A stretch of DNA of 64,000 bases from Eledone cirrhosa (Eukaryota): the NCBI GenBank assembly GCA_964016885.1, contig OZ024747.1, forward strand, positions 88,040,001-88,104,000. Reading direction: 5' to 3'. Numbering within the stretch: the stretch's first letter is position 1; every line of letters starts with the position of its first letter. Below are positions 52,205 to 64,000 of the stretch, piece after piece. A program made the position numbers and the translations under genes. The notes under the pieces were generated by a model. That model saw only the letters and a list, made by a program, of their open reading frames with translations. It ran no database searches and was not told where the DNA came from.

Positions 52205-52414
52205 TTAACCCTTTAACATTTAAACTGGCAGTATCCGGCCAGAATTCTCTCACCTCTTTCTGTTCAAACTGGCCATAACCAGCTGCTCATACTTATGTTA
52301 AAGTATTATTCTCAAAATAAATATCAAAATCTCGTAGATTCAATATTATGTGAAATAAAGTAACTGTGAAAATACAATTGTAAATATAGAGTAATGTAAA
52401 TACTAAAGGGTTAA
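52205..52414. mobile_element. piggyBac-type MITE family 1 inside a SINE C tail
   Basis: TTAA flanks and TIRs. Confidence 0.9.
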
Positions 52415-52606
52415 AAGTATAAGAGTCTGTGGAACACTGAACCATTTATGCATAAATTCATAAGTCAGATGGTCAGTTGATTAACTCATCATAAAAATTG
52501 ATAATACATTAGTATATACTGTCAATGGCTTTTTTTTTTTTTTGAATATTTAAGATTTTGATATACAGAATATGTTAAATTGAAGGAAAATGTTTTTAGA
52601 TTTTAT

Positions 52607-52795
52607 TATACAAATTATAATAGTATATTTTATACAAATTATAATAGTATATTTTATACAAATGATAATAGAATATTTTATACAAATGATAATAGTATAT
52701 TTTATACAAATTATAATAGTATATTTAATACAAATTGTAATAGTATATTTTATACAAATGATGATAGTATATTTTAACAAATGATAATAGTATAT
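52607..52795. repeat. 24-bp AT-rich minisatellite, about 8 copies
   Basis: Unit tatacaaat(t/g)ataatagtatattt. Confidence 0.95.
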
Positions 52796-55497
52796 ATTTT
52801 CCCAACCTAATACTAGTTTTTGTTTATCATAGGTTTTTAAATATCCATATTTACCATATGTATATGTAAGTGATTTTAATGTTGTTTCTAGTTTCTAACT
52901 TCCTCCCCACTAATAAATAACATGTTTGTAGGTTTCTTTTATTTGAGATTGAAGCTGATATATCAATAACTTCCATCTATATTGTTTATAGAAATGTTTT
53001 ACTGATATTGTATTTTCCAAATTAGATGGTTTTCTGCAATTCTATACATTTAAACATAGAAATAAGCCTGAATCAATGCATTTCAAGTAATTTGTTCATG
53101 TTTATGATATGAAATAAATATAATTTTAGAACTTTATATTTTTTCTATTTGAAGAATTCCTATTTGTTTATGACAGAATGAACAATTAGTTAAAATGCAA
53201 ATTCGATTCATTATAACTGTGCAAAATGTGGATGGATTTTATGATCTATATTTAATCCAATTCGTTTATTTTAATAATAATTACGGACGCATAGGCTTGT
53301 AAGTTACCATATTTTGATGTTAACTTCTTAAAGAAATATTCCTTTTCATTTATAACATTAAAAAGAGTAAATAGAGTAAAAAAAAAAAAAAGGAAAAGCA
53401 TATTTGCATGTTATGTAAATTATTTATAATACTATATACATTTTTCTGTTTCCTCATTAATAATTCTAGTATTGAAAAGATAAATCAATTCTAAATATAA
53501 AAGAGGAAACACAAAAAGAACCTTTGAGAAATTCATGCTTAGATATTTACTTGCCATAAGATTATTGGTTCCGAATTTAAGATTTAGAATAATTCAAAAG
53601 TGAAAACCAAAGAAAAACAGAAACCTGAATTTCAGTCATCACTTTTATATTTTTCTCTACTTTTCTAATGTTATCATTATTGTCATTATAATTATTATTA
53701 CCACAATGACTATTTTCCATGTTGGCATGGGTCTGTAACTATTCCTTTTGTAATGTCTAATCTTCCACAATCCCATCTAACCCCAATCTTTCAAATTTTT
53801 TTTGACATAACCACACAACTGTGCATGCTCTTAAGAAGTTTCTTTCACAGTCACATGTTTCTAGGTTTGATCTCACTGCACAACACCTTGTGTCTTCTAC
53901 CGTAGCCTTGAGTTGACACAGTGGAATTATTAGATGAAAACGGTGTTTCAATCCTTTAATAATTGAAACTCTGTTGGGTTCTTTTATGTATAAAAATGTA
54001 ATTTAACCATTCGATAATTAGAAATAAAAACATGAGTACCCAACTGAAATAAGTACTGGGGATGATATGGTTGGAGGGGATGCTCCAACTTGGCCCCAGT
54101 TCATTGACCGAATAAGCATTTCCTCTACTTTATTTACCCACTGTTATCTTTCCTCAGCATATTTTCATCCAGCATTTATCTTCAAAAAGCATTATATTAC
54201 TATAGTTTGTTTATCCTTGCTTTACTTCTGTATCCAATGAACCTTTTTATGCTGTAACAGTGTGTATTGCAGGATCATACCAACTTTATCTTTCCAGCTA
54301 TTAAAAATCATCAGTTTTCATTGTATTTCATTAAAGAACCATGCTTCTTCCACACACATTGATGTTAAAATTAAGTAATAAACAGAGGAGGTAAATGCCA
54401 CAAATGAGAGGAAAAGGAGGGAAAAAGCAATGACTATTTGGCCATAGAAGAAAGGGAGGGGAAGGGGAGAGGGTGATAGGCTTTATACCTAGGGCAGGCC
54501 GGTGTTTTGGCTGCACCCAGCGGACAAAACTACAAAGGCATTTCTATGGACAGTGATACCCGCTACAACAACCTCAGATGGGCTGCTGACATTCCAATTT
54601 TATGTAAGATATCTTTAAAACAATTAATCATCACTGCATACAAATACAACAAAAAGTGTCTAGCATTCTAAGATGTGGAAACAAAATTAAAAAGAAATAA
54701 ATTGAAGTAACAAGTAATACAACAAAATGACAATCATGACATAGTACTTTAAAGCTATTTTTCCCATGACAGGCTTCATATTCATCATGGGGTCCTTTCT
54801 GAGCAATGTTTACACCATATGCCCTTCCTGGTGTCAATCCTTTTGGGTCACCTTTTATGATGCCCAGAGATACAGTGTACCTATTCTAAACCAAATACGC
54901 TCATAAATCTATAATATAAAGTACCATGTAAACCATATAACGATAAATGAAATATTAATAGAATAAAATAGTACCATTATTTTATCAAGAAACATAAATA
55001 TTTTAAAGGTAAAAGAGCAGTATTCAGTTGAGTGACATTAAGAGAAAAAGTGTTTTTGACCCTAGTTATTTGGTTTGAATGCACCTGTAGGTTATTCAAT
55101 ATGAGCATTCTCCTAGTTGGTTTAAATGATATATTAAGATGATGCAGAGTGCCATTTACAAGCAATGCTCTTGTAAAGCTCTTCCATAGATAGAAATTAT
55201 TCAATGTACCTTTCCTTTCATAAGATAGGATAGAATTTCAGGGAATTTGGCTGCTATTTGTAGTAGGTCAAGTAATTGCTTATATATACTCTTGCTAGTT
55301 TGTTCTTCACCAAAGAATGTGATGTTGGTGCCAAGAAATTTTAATTACAGACTTTTTCCACCTCATTTTTCTGATGCTGGTAGAAAATGTACAAAATTCA
55401 TGGTTCTCTATAGCTTAGATGAGGCCTTTGGATCTTTGTAGTGTCATTTAACTGGTTGTTATTAGCATATAATGGCTTCACTCTCTGATTTGTCACT

Positions 55498-55611
55498 TTA
55501 ACCCTTTAGCATTTAAACCGGCCATATCCGGTCAGAATTCTCTCAGATAAAGCCTTTACTGTGAAAATACAATTGTATTTATATAGAGTAATGTAAATGC
55601 TAACATGTTAA
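55498..55611. mobile_element. piggyBac-type MITE family 1 (large internal deletion)
   Basis: Both ends present; the centre is collapsed at ctctca|gataa. Confidence 0.85.
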
Positions 55612-55989
55612 ATGTTGTGTAAAAAGTGTGTCAGGTTCAGAACATCTCTTTTGGTTGAAACTCTGTTTAAATTTCACTTCAGTTATTTTGCAGTGATTAA
55701 GAAAATTAATCCACATCGTTAAATCATACTCTGCTCTGTATATGTCTGGGTGTGTTTTTTTACAAGAAACTAATGTCTGTGATTCATAATATCATTAATT
55801 TCTATTACTTTTAGATAAAATAAATTATTTTGAGTTTTGGGTTGCATGAAGATAAATTGGGTTTGTTTTGTTTTACTTGCTATTTTCCTTGTACTAATTT
55901 ACACACTGTCATATATTGATTTTGCTATTTCATTTTATGTCATCAACCATAATTTTCATACATAATATTCATTTCACAAATAAACGTAG

Positions 55990-56055
55990 GATTTACCTGG
56001 AGATGTAGACAGTGTATTTGCGGAAGGTGATAAAGAAAACAGTCTAACTACACAA
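55990..56055 (+). CDS. Internal 66-nt coding exon of the same host gene
   Basis: cgtag|GAT...CAA|gtaagt, 22 open codons DLPGDVDSVFAEGDKENSLTTQ. Phase 0-0, compatible with the 47404-47526 exon. Confidence 0.7.
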
Positions 56056-56549
56056 GTAAGTATACTTCATTCTGCATGGGTCATTCTGTCATGGTCATTC
56101 TGTCATTGTCATTCTGTTGATTGTATAATTTACCAAACCTGCTCTCAGATTATTTTATATATACATATCTGTGATCTATGTTTCCTTAAATCTAAGGATT
56201 TGATTTACTGAAAATCATATAGACATATATTCTAATAGATAATTCCTGTTGACATTCAATTTTGAAGGCATACAACTTCATTTGCTATTCTATTAGTATA
56301 TTGAAACAAAAATATATATTTCGAGTAGAAAAGCTATGGAGGCTGATACTTTGTTATTAAATATTATTATTATTATTATGGTAACCATTATAAAATAAAG
56401 AAACCATTATTATGGTAGAGTGGGAAAATATATTAGATTGAAGTTATTTGATTGTTATTATTAGCAAAACATAAAAGATATTCTAAAAACTTAGAATATG
56501 AGAGTATATTTGAAGAAGCTTAGGCATTGATGAGTTATTAAGGCATTGA

Positions 56550-56772
56550 TTAACCCTTTAGCATTTAAACCAGCAGTATCTGGCCAGAATTCTCTCACCT
56601 CTTTCAAATCAGCTGTAACTGGCTGCTCATACTGATGGTAAGGTATTGTTCTCAAAATAAATAATATCAAAATCTCATAGATTCAATATTATGTGATGTA
56701 ATTATGTGAGATAAAGTGTTTACCGTGAAAATATAATAGTAAATATAGTGTAATATAATGCTAAAGGGTTAA
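56550..56772. mobile_element. piggyBac-type MITE family 1
   Basis: TTAA flanks and TIRs. Confidence 0.9.
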
Positions 56773-57583
56773 ATGCCTTGGTATTTGTTCCAGTCCTCGA
56801 TGCCCTGAGTTTAAATTATTCATGGACAAATTTGCCTTTCTTTCTAGCAGGGTTGATAAATAATATCAATCCAGGTAAATTGGCATAATTGTGAAAGAAT
56901 TGGATAAGGTGCTTTGAAGTATCTGTTCTAACTCTGTGCATTCTGAGTTTAAAAACCATCGCCTGTCATGGAAAGGTGGTGACACCTCTGCCAGGAGTTG
57001 TGACTGGCAGGTAATATCAACAGTGGAAAGACCAATGGAAACAGTTTCCTTGGTCAAACCTGATGATTGACTTCTACCCTTTTCTTTTTTTGTTCAATCT
57101 TTTCTTTTTATGTAATAAACTCATCCCAGAATTATTGAGACATCAGTTAGAAAACTCAAATCTGTTACAAAAACAAATCATTTCTCAGTTCTTCAAAATA
57201 TTCAGCTAATTTTTATAGTTATAATCTTAATTTTAGTTTTTCTTTTACAATATGTATCACGGTAATCATTGCAAATTACTTTCATAATATTGCTCAGACA
57301 TTAATTTTTTTAGTTTATTATAATTATAGTAGTGAAGGGGTATGTTCTAGTGGTTAGAGTGTCGTTTTCTTGATTAGATGTGGTTATAAAGTTTTGTATT
57401 AAAACAACTGCCTCTACATATAAACTTATTTCATTTCAACAATATCTGATCTACCTTTATTTAACCAATCTTGTAGTCAGAAAATACAAATTGTTTTTAC
57501 TGGATATTTAAAGTTCATACTGATTAAGCATTTGTTGTACATTGGGAAGGTCCTGTTGCCAATCAAAACACTCATACAAGTGG

Positions 57584-57731
57584 AGTTTCATTTCAGTTTT
57601 ATTAATCAGATATTTAATCCTTCAATCAGTTGATTAATTAATTAGTTGATTAATTAATTAATTAATTAATTGATTGATTAATCAACTGATTGGCAGATTA
57701 AATATCTGATTATTAAAACTGAATTGAAACT
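57584..57731. repeat. Palindrome with (TTAA/TTGA)n centre
   Basis: agtttcatttcagttttattaatcagatatttaatc...gattaaatatctgattattaaaactgaattgaaact. Confidence 0.85.
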
Positions 57732-57920
57732 TGACTGGTTCATATATTTTGATTAACAGTGTGACACTCAAAATACAATAACTCTTTTTAACACTTGATT
57801 TCACATCAAGAATCTTGCAAAACAAATAAAGATTAAGCAATTTTTTCTTCTTAATTTTAATGCTATAAAATTGTAATGAAAATACAATTTTATAAAAACA
57901 AATTATTTTATTTTTGTGTA

Positions 57921-58140
57921 AGGGTGATGAATTGGCAGTATTGGTAGAGTGTCAAACAACCTGCTTTGTGGCATATAGTTACTGTCCTTTACATTCTTAG
58001 TTCAAATCCCACTGAGGTTAGCTTTACATTTCATCCTTGTGGGGTTGATAAAATAAAGCACCAGTAATGCACTGGAGTCAATTTAATCGACTTTCCCCTC
58101 TTCCAAAATTGTTGGCTTTGTGCCTAAATCAGAAACCCTT
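57921..58140 (+). mobile_element. SINE family A
   Basis: Head, core and tail all recognisable. Confidence 0.85.
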
Positions 58141-61100
58141 ATTATTAATGTAATATTGAACAATGTTTTTAAACTTTATGGATATTGTTCAAATTCTTAG
58201 TACTTTTAAGTCTTACTTTCTTATTGCCAATACACAACATTATGATCATCAGTTTCATGGAAACTTTATGAAATCTAAAAGAAAACATCTGCTATATTAT
58301 TACTATTTAATAATTTAGTTGATGAATTGGCAAAGTTGTTAGAACATCAAATTAAATGCCTTAGTATTTGTTCCAGTTCCCTGTGCTCTGTGTTCAAATC
58401 CTGCCAAAGTCAGCTTTTCCTTTTGAGAGTCAATAAATAAAGTACTAGCCCAAGAATGGTGGAATAACTACAATCTGATTTACTTTCTCTTCCATCATAG
58501 TAAAAATAAAATTATTTAATATCAATGTATCTGCCTTCATAGCTTTAAACATATATTTACATTTGGCTTTTTAAGGTGACATTTTAATGATTCCTTGGGG
58601 AGAAGATGGCATCGCTAAGCATTTCTAAGTCCCACTGAAATGCTACGATGGAAATGCACATTCAAATGTCTAGAATGGCACCCTAATGACCAGTGGGACC
58701 ATTTGTGAGAACTTGATTGGTTCATTGATTTAATGATTCACTGATCTGCAGTAGTATATCTGTAATTTGTGTCATGTTTTAAGTGTTAAAATCAAATTTG
58801 TATATCACTAAAGAAAAAAAGCTTTGTTTTATTTAATATTTTGTAGTTAGATCAATTGATATACATGTCATTTGTGGAAGTTAGAAATATATACTAAATT
58901 AACAATTATATGGAACTTTTCATTTATCAGTCTTCTATGAAGACTGATGACTCATGACATCATTTCAATAAATGTCTTAATATATTAAATGTGTCTTATG
59001 AATTTTTGAAATGTTCAGAAAATATAAATATTATGAAAATAAGACTAGAGTGATAATTGAAAATTTTATATAATTGTAAATTTTCTGCTTAATATTTTGC
59101 AGTTGATATTTATTTTTATTCAGCTGTGATTATCTTTCTGTAAATGATTGAGCTGAGTTGCCTTAAATAGAATGTTTATTGATGACTCATGCTCATGTTT
59201 TTAGTTTGGTGTAATGTTAGCAACTTGGAAGAAACTTTATAAACAACTCATTCAATAGTATTCATAATGTAAAGAGACAACATTTTTATCTCTTTCACCA
59301 ACTCTCTTTCTCACTCATTCTCTTTCTCTCATATGCATGCAATGTCTCTCTCTCTCACACACACACACTTTCTTATTCTCTCTCTCTCACACACTCTCAC
59401 ATACAAATACACTCACGCACACTCTGTCACACGTATATACACTTTTTCATTCTCTCTTTTGTTTTCTTTCTCTCATCTATCTCTCCCCCTCTCTCTTTCA
59501 CATACACATACACACACACACATACATATTTTATTTGAGAAACTTCTTAATTTGTTTTGAAATTGTATTTTTCAATAAAAAAACAAAAACAGTATGTAAG
59601 TATATCAAAACTATCAATATTTTTGAAATAGTGTTTATTAGAAGAAGCCTTTATATTGTATATATTTTAAATTAAAACCCAATTACAATCAGTGTAAAGT
59701 TTTCTGTTTTAATCAGGTAGGTAGTTTGCATGCATGTTAGTTTCTATTAGCTGTAATTCTCTGTGAAATTGGAAAACTATTTATCTATGAGCTGTGAAAT
59801 TTGTCCATTGTTGCACAACTTTCTGTGGCTGACTTAATTAGATTTTAATATGTTCTGTGCGCTCTAAAATTCTAATAATTATTAGTGTAGTGACTTTTAC
59901 AATGTCTTACTGAATTTTAATCGCTTTCGTTTCTAGTTATTACAATTTATCTGTTTTTTAAAAAAAATCTATATTTTTTATTTCAGAAAATATTTTGAAC
60001 ATAATCATATTTATAAAATTATAACCCCCTACATAAAATTGATATTTTGATGATGAATTCAGAAATATTTTGTTTGGAAAGTATCAATGTAATATGTGTT
60101 ATTACATTGACATCACTTTTCCAATTGATAAAATACTGTCAAGTCTGAAATTATTTTGCTATTGGAAAACAAATATATTTTATCAATATTACCAGGGGTT
60201 TATTTTTTGTCATTTTGACTGAAATATTGTATGTTATGATGAAAATAGTTAGAGTGCCATTGTAATAATTTTATAATGTCTATTTTAGGAATTTATAACT
60301 ATATAATCTGTAAATAATTCTGTTTGTTATGGATGAACATGTAGTTTTTTAAATTTTATTTCATCTACAAATGGCCAAATAAGACATTGTAAAGCAATCC
60401 AGTAATTTAGCTAGAAGTTATATATAAATCTTAAAGTTGGGTGTTATATATAAATCTTAACGTTTCTATTGAAAAATAATATATGTAACCTCCTAGGTTC
60501 AAAGAAAATACATTTAAAAAAACTTCTTCATATCAAATACTGCTTAGGAGTGGTGAAAGCATTTCTGAATGGGGTGGATGGGTAAATTTGGTCAATTTAG
60601 TTGTAGTGATTAGTTTAGCTGTTATCAAATATCTACCAAGATATAAAATATTTCGATATACGATAAACATAACATGTAAATAAATTGTAGCGCATATACA
60701 AATAGGTGTGTGTTTTGGTAATTTTGGGAGAAAAGTATGCCTTAATAAAATGAATATATGTGTGTCAGTCTTTCAGTTTATATTTAACTTTTTTCTTGTC
60801 CCCTAATTTAGAAAAGGGGATCAACAAAATAAGTACTGTAGTATATATAATCAACAACATCTCTTGAAAGTGGTATCCCAGCATGGTCACAGACTAATGA
60901 CTAAAATCAGTAAAAGAATATCTGGAGATTTACACAATCTGAATTGTTTGCTAAAATTCTCAATTTTATGTCCATCTCTCTGTATAAGAAGATTGCACTT
61001 GAGTCTTTTGATAAACCACTTATATTCTATATTCTGGCACACCTGAAGAGCAGCTGACAGGTGGTAGAACAGCTTCACAAACCTGTCCAAACTTGATAAC

Positions 61101-61322
61101 TGCTATATTTCCATTATAAATGTTCGCTTGATGTATACCAGTATCCTATGAACGAAAGCTGCTCAGTTTGTCCTTCACCACTTAGGATGTTGCACATTCC
61201 CCACACCATCAACTAATTTGGGTTGGCATGGGTTGGATAGATTGCCACAGAATCATTGGTTCTATATATTGACATGATTTCTAGTGATAATTAATTACAG
61301 AGATTAGGTCTTAAAATTCAGT

Positions 61323-61542
61323 TTTACCCTTTAGCATTTACATTACTCTATATATGCTATTGTATTTTTGCGCTAAAGGCTTTATCTTATGTAATTATCT
61401 CACATAATATCAAATCTACAAGATTTTGATTTATTTATTTTTAGAACAATACCTTAATGCCAGTATGAGTCTCCAGTTAAGTTGGTTTGAACAGAAAGAG
61501 GCGAGAGAGTTCTAGCTGAATACGGCCGGTTTAAATGCTAAA
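61323..61542. mobile_element. piggyBac-type MITE family 1
   Basis: ccctttagcattta...taaatgctaaa; right end clipped. Confidence 0.85.
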
Positions 61543-62404
61543 ACACATTTGTTTCAGGCTATTTTTTAATATATGGTTCATGAATTTCATTATTCAAATT
61601 TCTATTCACAATCGTGTGTGAGAGGAAAGAAAGGTGATTGTTAACCACCTTGGTCCAATTTAACAGCATTAGTCGTGAACCAGAAGTCAGCATATTCTGC
61701 TTTAACCAGTATTTGTTTCATGACAAGAAAGAGACAGTGAAGTTGTCTGCATTTTATTCAAACAATGTGAAGGTCTTAGATTCGAGGAACCTAACTATAT
61801 GAAAACCATCTGTCGAAACAAGCTTAAGCATACACATGCACATGCACACACACCTACACATACACACACACATGCACATACACACAGAATAAAATATTAT
61901 TTGTAAATTATTTTTATTTCTGTTGTCATATCTTTAAGGCCTTGGGACGTATTTTGTTTTTATTTTAATTTCATGTGGCAAAAAAAGCAAATTGAACATT
62001 GAAAGAAAGCAATTACTAATGTAAAGCTATTTACTTTATTTTTTATATAAAACTAGAATTTTTTTAAACACGCTGGCGTGTGTGTGTATATATGTGTGCG
62101 CATGTGCATATGCACACATATGTATAAGTATATAAATATAAATGTGAAAACACACACACTTAGAGACATACATCCACACAAACACACATACAATCACACA
62201 CACACATTCATTTACACAAACACACATACACAGCGTAGCAAATGCAACACCAGCTGCTGTTTTGCTATAGGTTTTCACCATCCCCTTCCTTCTACACACA
62301 CACACACATACATTCACATAAACACACACACATATTGTTGACGGAAGTTGCTTAAATTTATATATAGATTACCCTAAAAGAAAGACAGGCTCTTCCATGT
62401 ACAC

Positions 62405-62636
62405 TTAATCCTTTTCTTACCATATTTTTAATGAAATACACTACTTATAAATTTTTAATAATTTTCTAAATAATGGAGTGATTTAGTAATGTAACTAACT
62501 TTCTCATTATTGAGCTAGTTTTATGAGCATAACTTAAGAGAGTGTTATATGATGATGATGATAAACACTTTAAAATAAACAGTGTTGTATCATAGAACCA
62601 GTGACAGTTGCAGGGAGTTTGGTATAAAAAGGGTTA
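62405..62636. mobile_element. piggyBac-type MITE family 2
   Basis: ttaa-tccttttcttacca...tggtataaaaaggg-tta. Confidence 0.7.
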
Positions 62637-62689
62637 TGTTTAACTTATACCTTTCAATTTTACAGAACAAAACTCTACATTAGTTAATA

Positions 62690-63045
62690 GTGATTTCTAC
62701 TATAGGCACAAGGCCAGCAATTTGTGGGAGGGGAAAGTCAATTAATCGACCCCAGTGCATCACTAGTGCTTTATTTTATCGACCCCGTAAGGATGAAAGG
62801 CAAAGCATGGTGTCCAACACTCTACCAATACTGCCAATCCACACTGTTAGTTAATAGTTGTTTCTACTTTTGGCACAAGGCCAGCAATTACCCAGTGCAT
62901 TACTGGTACTTTATTTTATCGACCTCGTAAGGATGAAAGGCAAAGTTAACCTCGGCGGGATTTGAACTCAGAATGGCAAGGGCCGTAACTCTATGCGTCA
63001 AAGTATGGCGTCCGACCCTCTACCGGTACTGCCAATCCACCGCCC
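62690..63045 (-). mobile_element. Two tandem SINE family A copies
   Basis: An older deleted copy 62690-62843 and a young copy 62857-63045 flanked by tgttagttaata (62845-62856 and 63053-63064). Confidence 0.9.
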
Positions 63046-64000
63046 TACCTTATGTTAGTTAATAATAATGTGAAATTGTTATACTCTTTCATTTTCAAAT
63101 AAGTTTAGATGCCAGACAAAGAATTAGCAGAATTGTTGCACCATTGAATGAAATTCCTTGTGTTATTAATTGATACTCTGAATTTAAATCCCATTGAGAG
63201 TCAACTTTGCTTGTCATCTTTCTGGGTGATCCATAAATAACGTACTGGTCTATGGTGGTGGGCTGGCAGAGCTGCATTCTCTGTGGCCTACTTGGGTAGT
63301 AAACTTAATCTATCCGTGAGTTTACCATTACCACTTGATACTATGTGCCTACACTATTGCTAGTATTTATTGAGTCTCTATTTTGAGGATATTTTCCTTC
63401 CTTCTCAGGTCATGAAAAAGGACATAGACATTGTTATTCTCTTGCTGACTAAGTAATAACATATCTTTATATATATAAACAATGTTTCAAAGGCCGAGAT
63501 GGAGTGCGAATGCATTAGAATCCATAGAATAATGAGAAAAATTCAGTGCAAAAAAGCTTTTAAAACAGCAAAATGCCGTTAGTGACAGTATTGGGTAAAA
63601 TTACCTCAAAGGGCAGAAATCACTTTTGTTGCCCCATGGCTTTTGTTATTCTTTTTAAATACAAATAGGTCGAAGACTAACCTGGACCGTCTCGAGTAGA
63701 TAGGAATATGTAGAAATCGATAAAATCCTTTAATAGGTTTCTGGGACTCGGGAAGCTGCACAAGTTGCATAATGGATATGCAAGTCATAAATGCATTTCC
63801 GTGATGGAATGGGAGCTTCTATCATTGGCAGCTTTCGTTTTGTAATATTCGTGTTTCTGAATGGAGACATTTAGTAAAGTTGCCTGTGTTATCACGTGAC
63901 TTTTCTCAAAAGAGGAAGGTCAAGTTGGCTGAACTGTTGGTGGGTAAATTCAGGGTGTGTACTAAGATATTTTCACAGCCTCACATATGAATACATCTAG

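Noticed and set aside
52550-52784. Repetitive ORFs in three frames
   Set aside because: By-product of the 24-bp minisatellite.
58586-58745. C/D box snoRNA
   Set aside because: A CTGA is present, but there is no proper RTGATGA box C or terminal stem.
63392-63456. Acceptor-like ttttccttccttctcag as the next coding exon
   Set aside because: The phase-0 frame stops after 15 codons and the donor is weak.

Overview
AT-rich eukaryotic genomic DNA with very dense repeats and microsatellites. The SINE and LINE repertoire and the (TA)n/(CAT)n tracts point to an octopus or other coleoid cephalopod; this is inferred from recognising the repeats. Almost all ORFs in the supplied track are spurious or decayed transposon pieces. 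One + strand host gene is partly visible: a CpG-retaining promoter-like zone (~16.0-18.9 kb), a probable non-coding first exon ending at 17094, and two in-phase coding exons (47404-47526 and 55990-56055) encoding an unidentified N-terminus. The rest is intronic or intergenic. It holds RTE, Vingi/Ingi-like, CR1/Jockey-like and RLE-type LINE fragments, several tRNA-SINE families, 12 copies of a TTAA piggyBac-type MITE, hAT MITEs, a Tc1/mariner relic and a non-autonomous Helitron carrying a 41-bp higher-order minisatellite. The most interesting signal is a set of unrelated fold-back (palindromic) elements inserted in (TA)n tracts that carry minimal type-I hammerhead ribozyme motifs, as expected for Penelope-like retroelement ends. 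One of these is near-perfect and has a compensatory U3-A8 core. There is also an unexplained intronic structured-RNA candidate at ~58.6 kb. Coordinates were read by eye and repeat boundaries are approximate.
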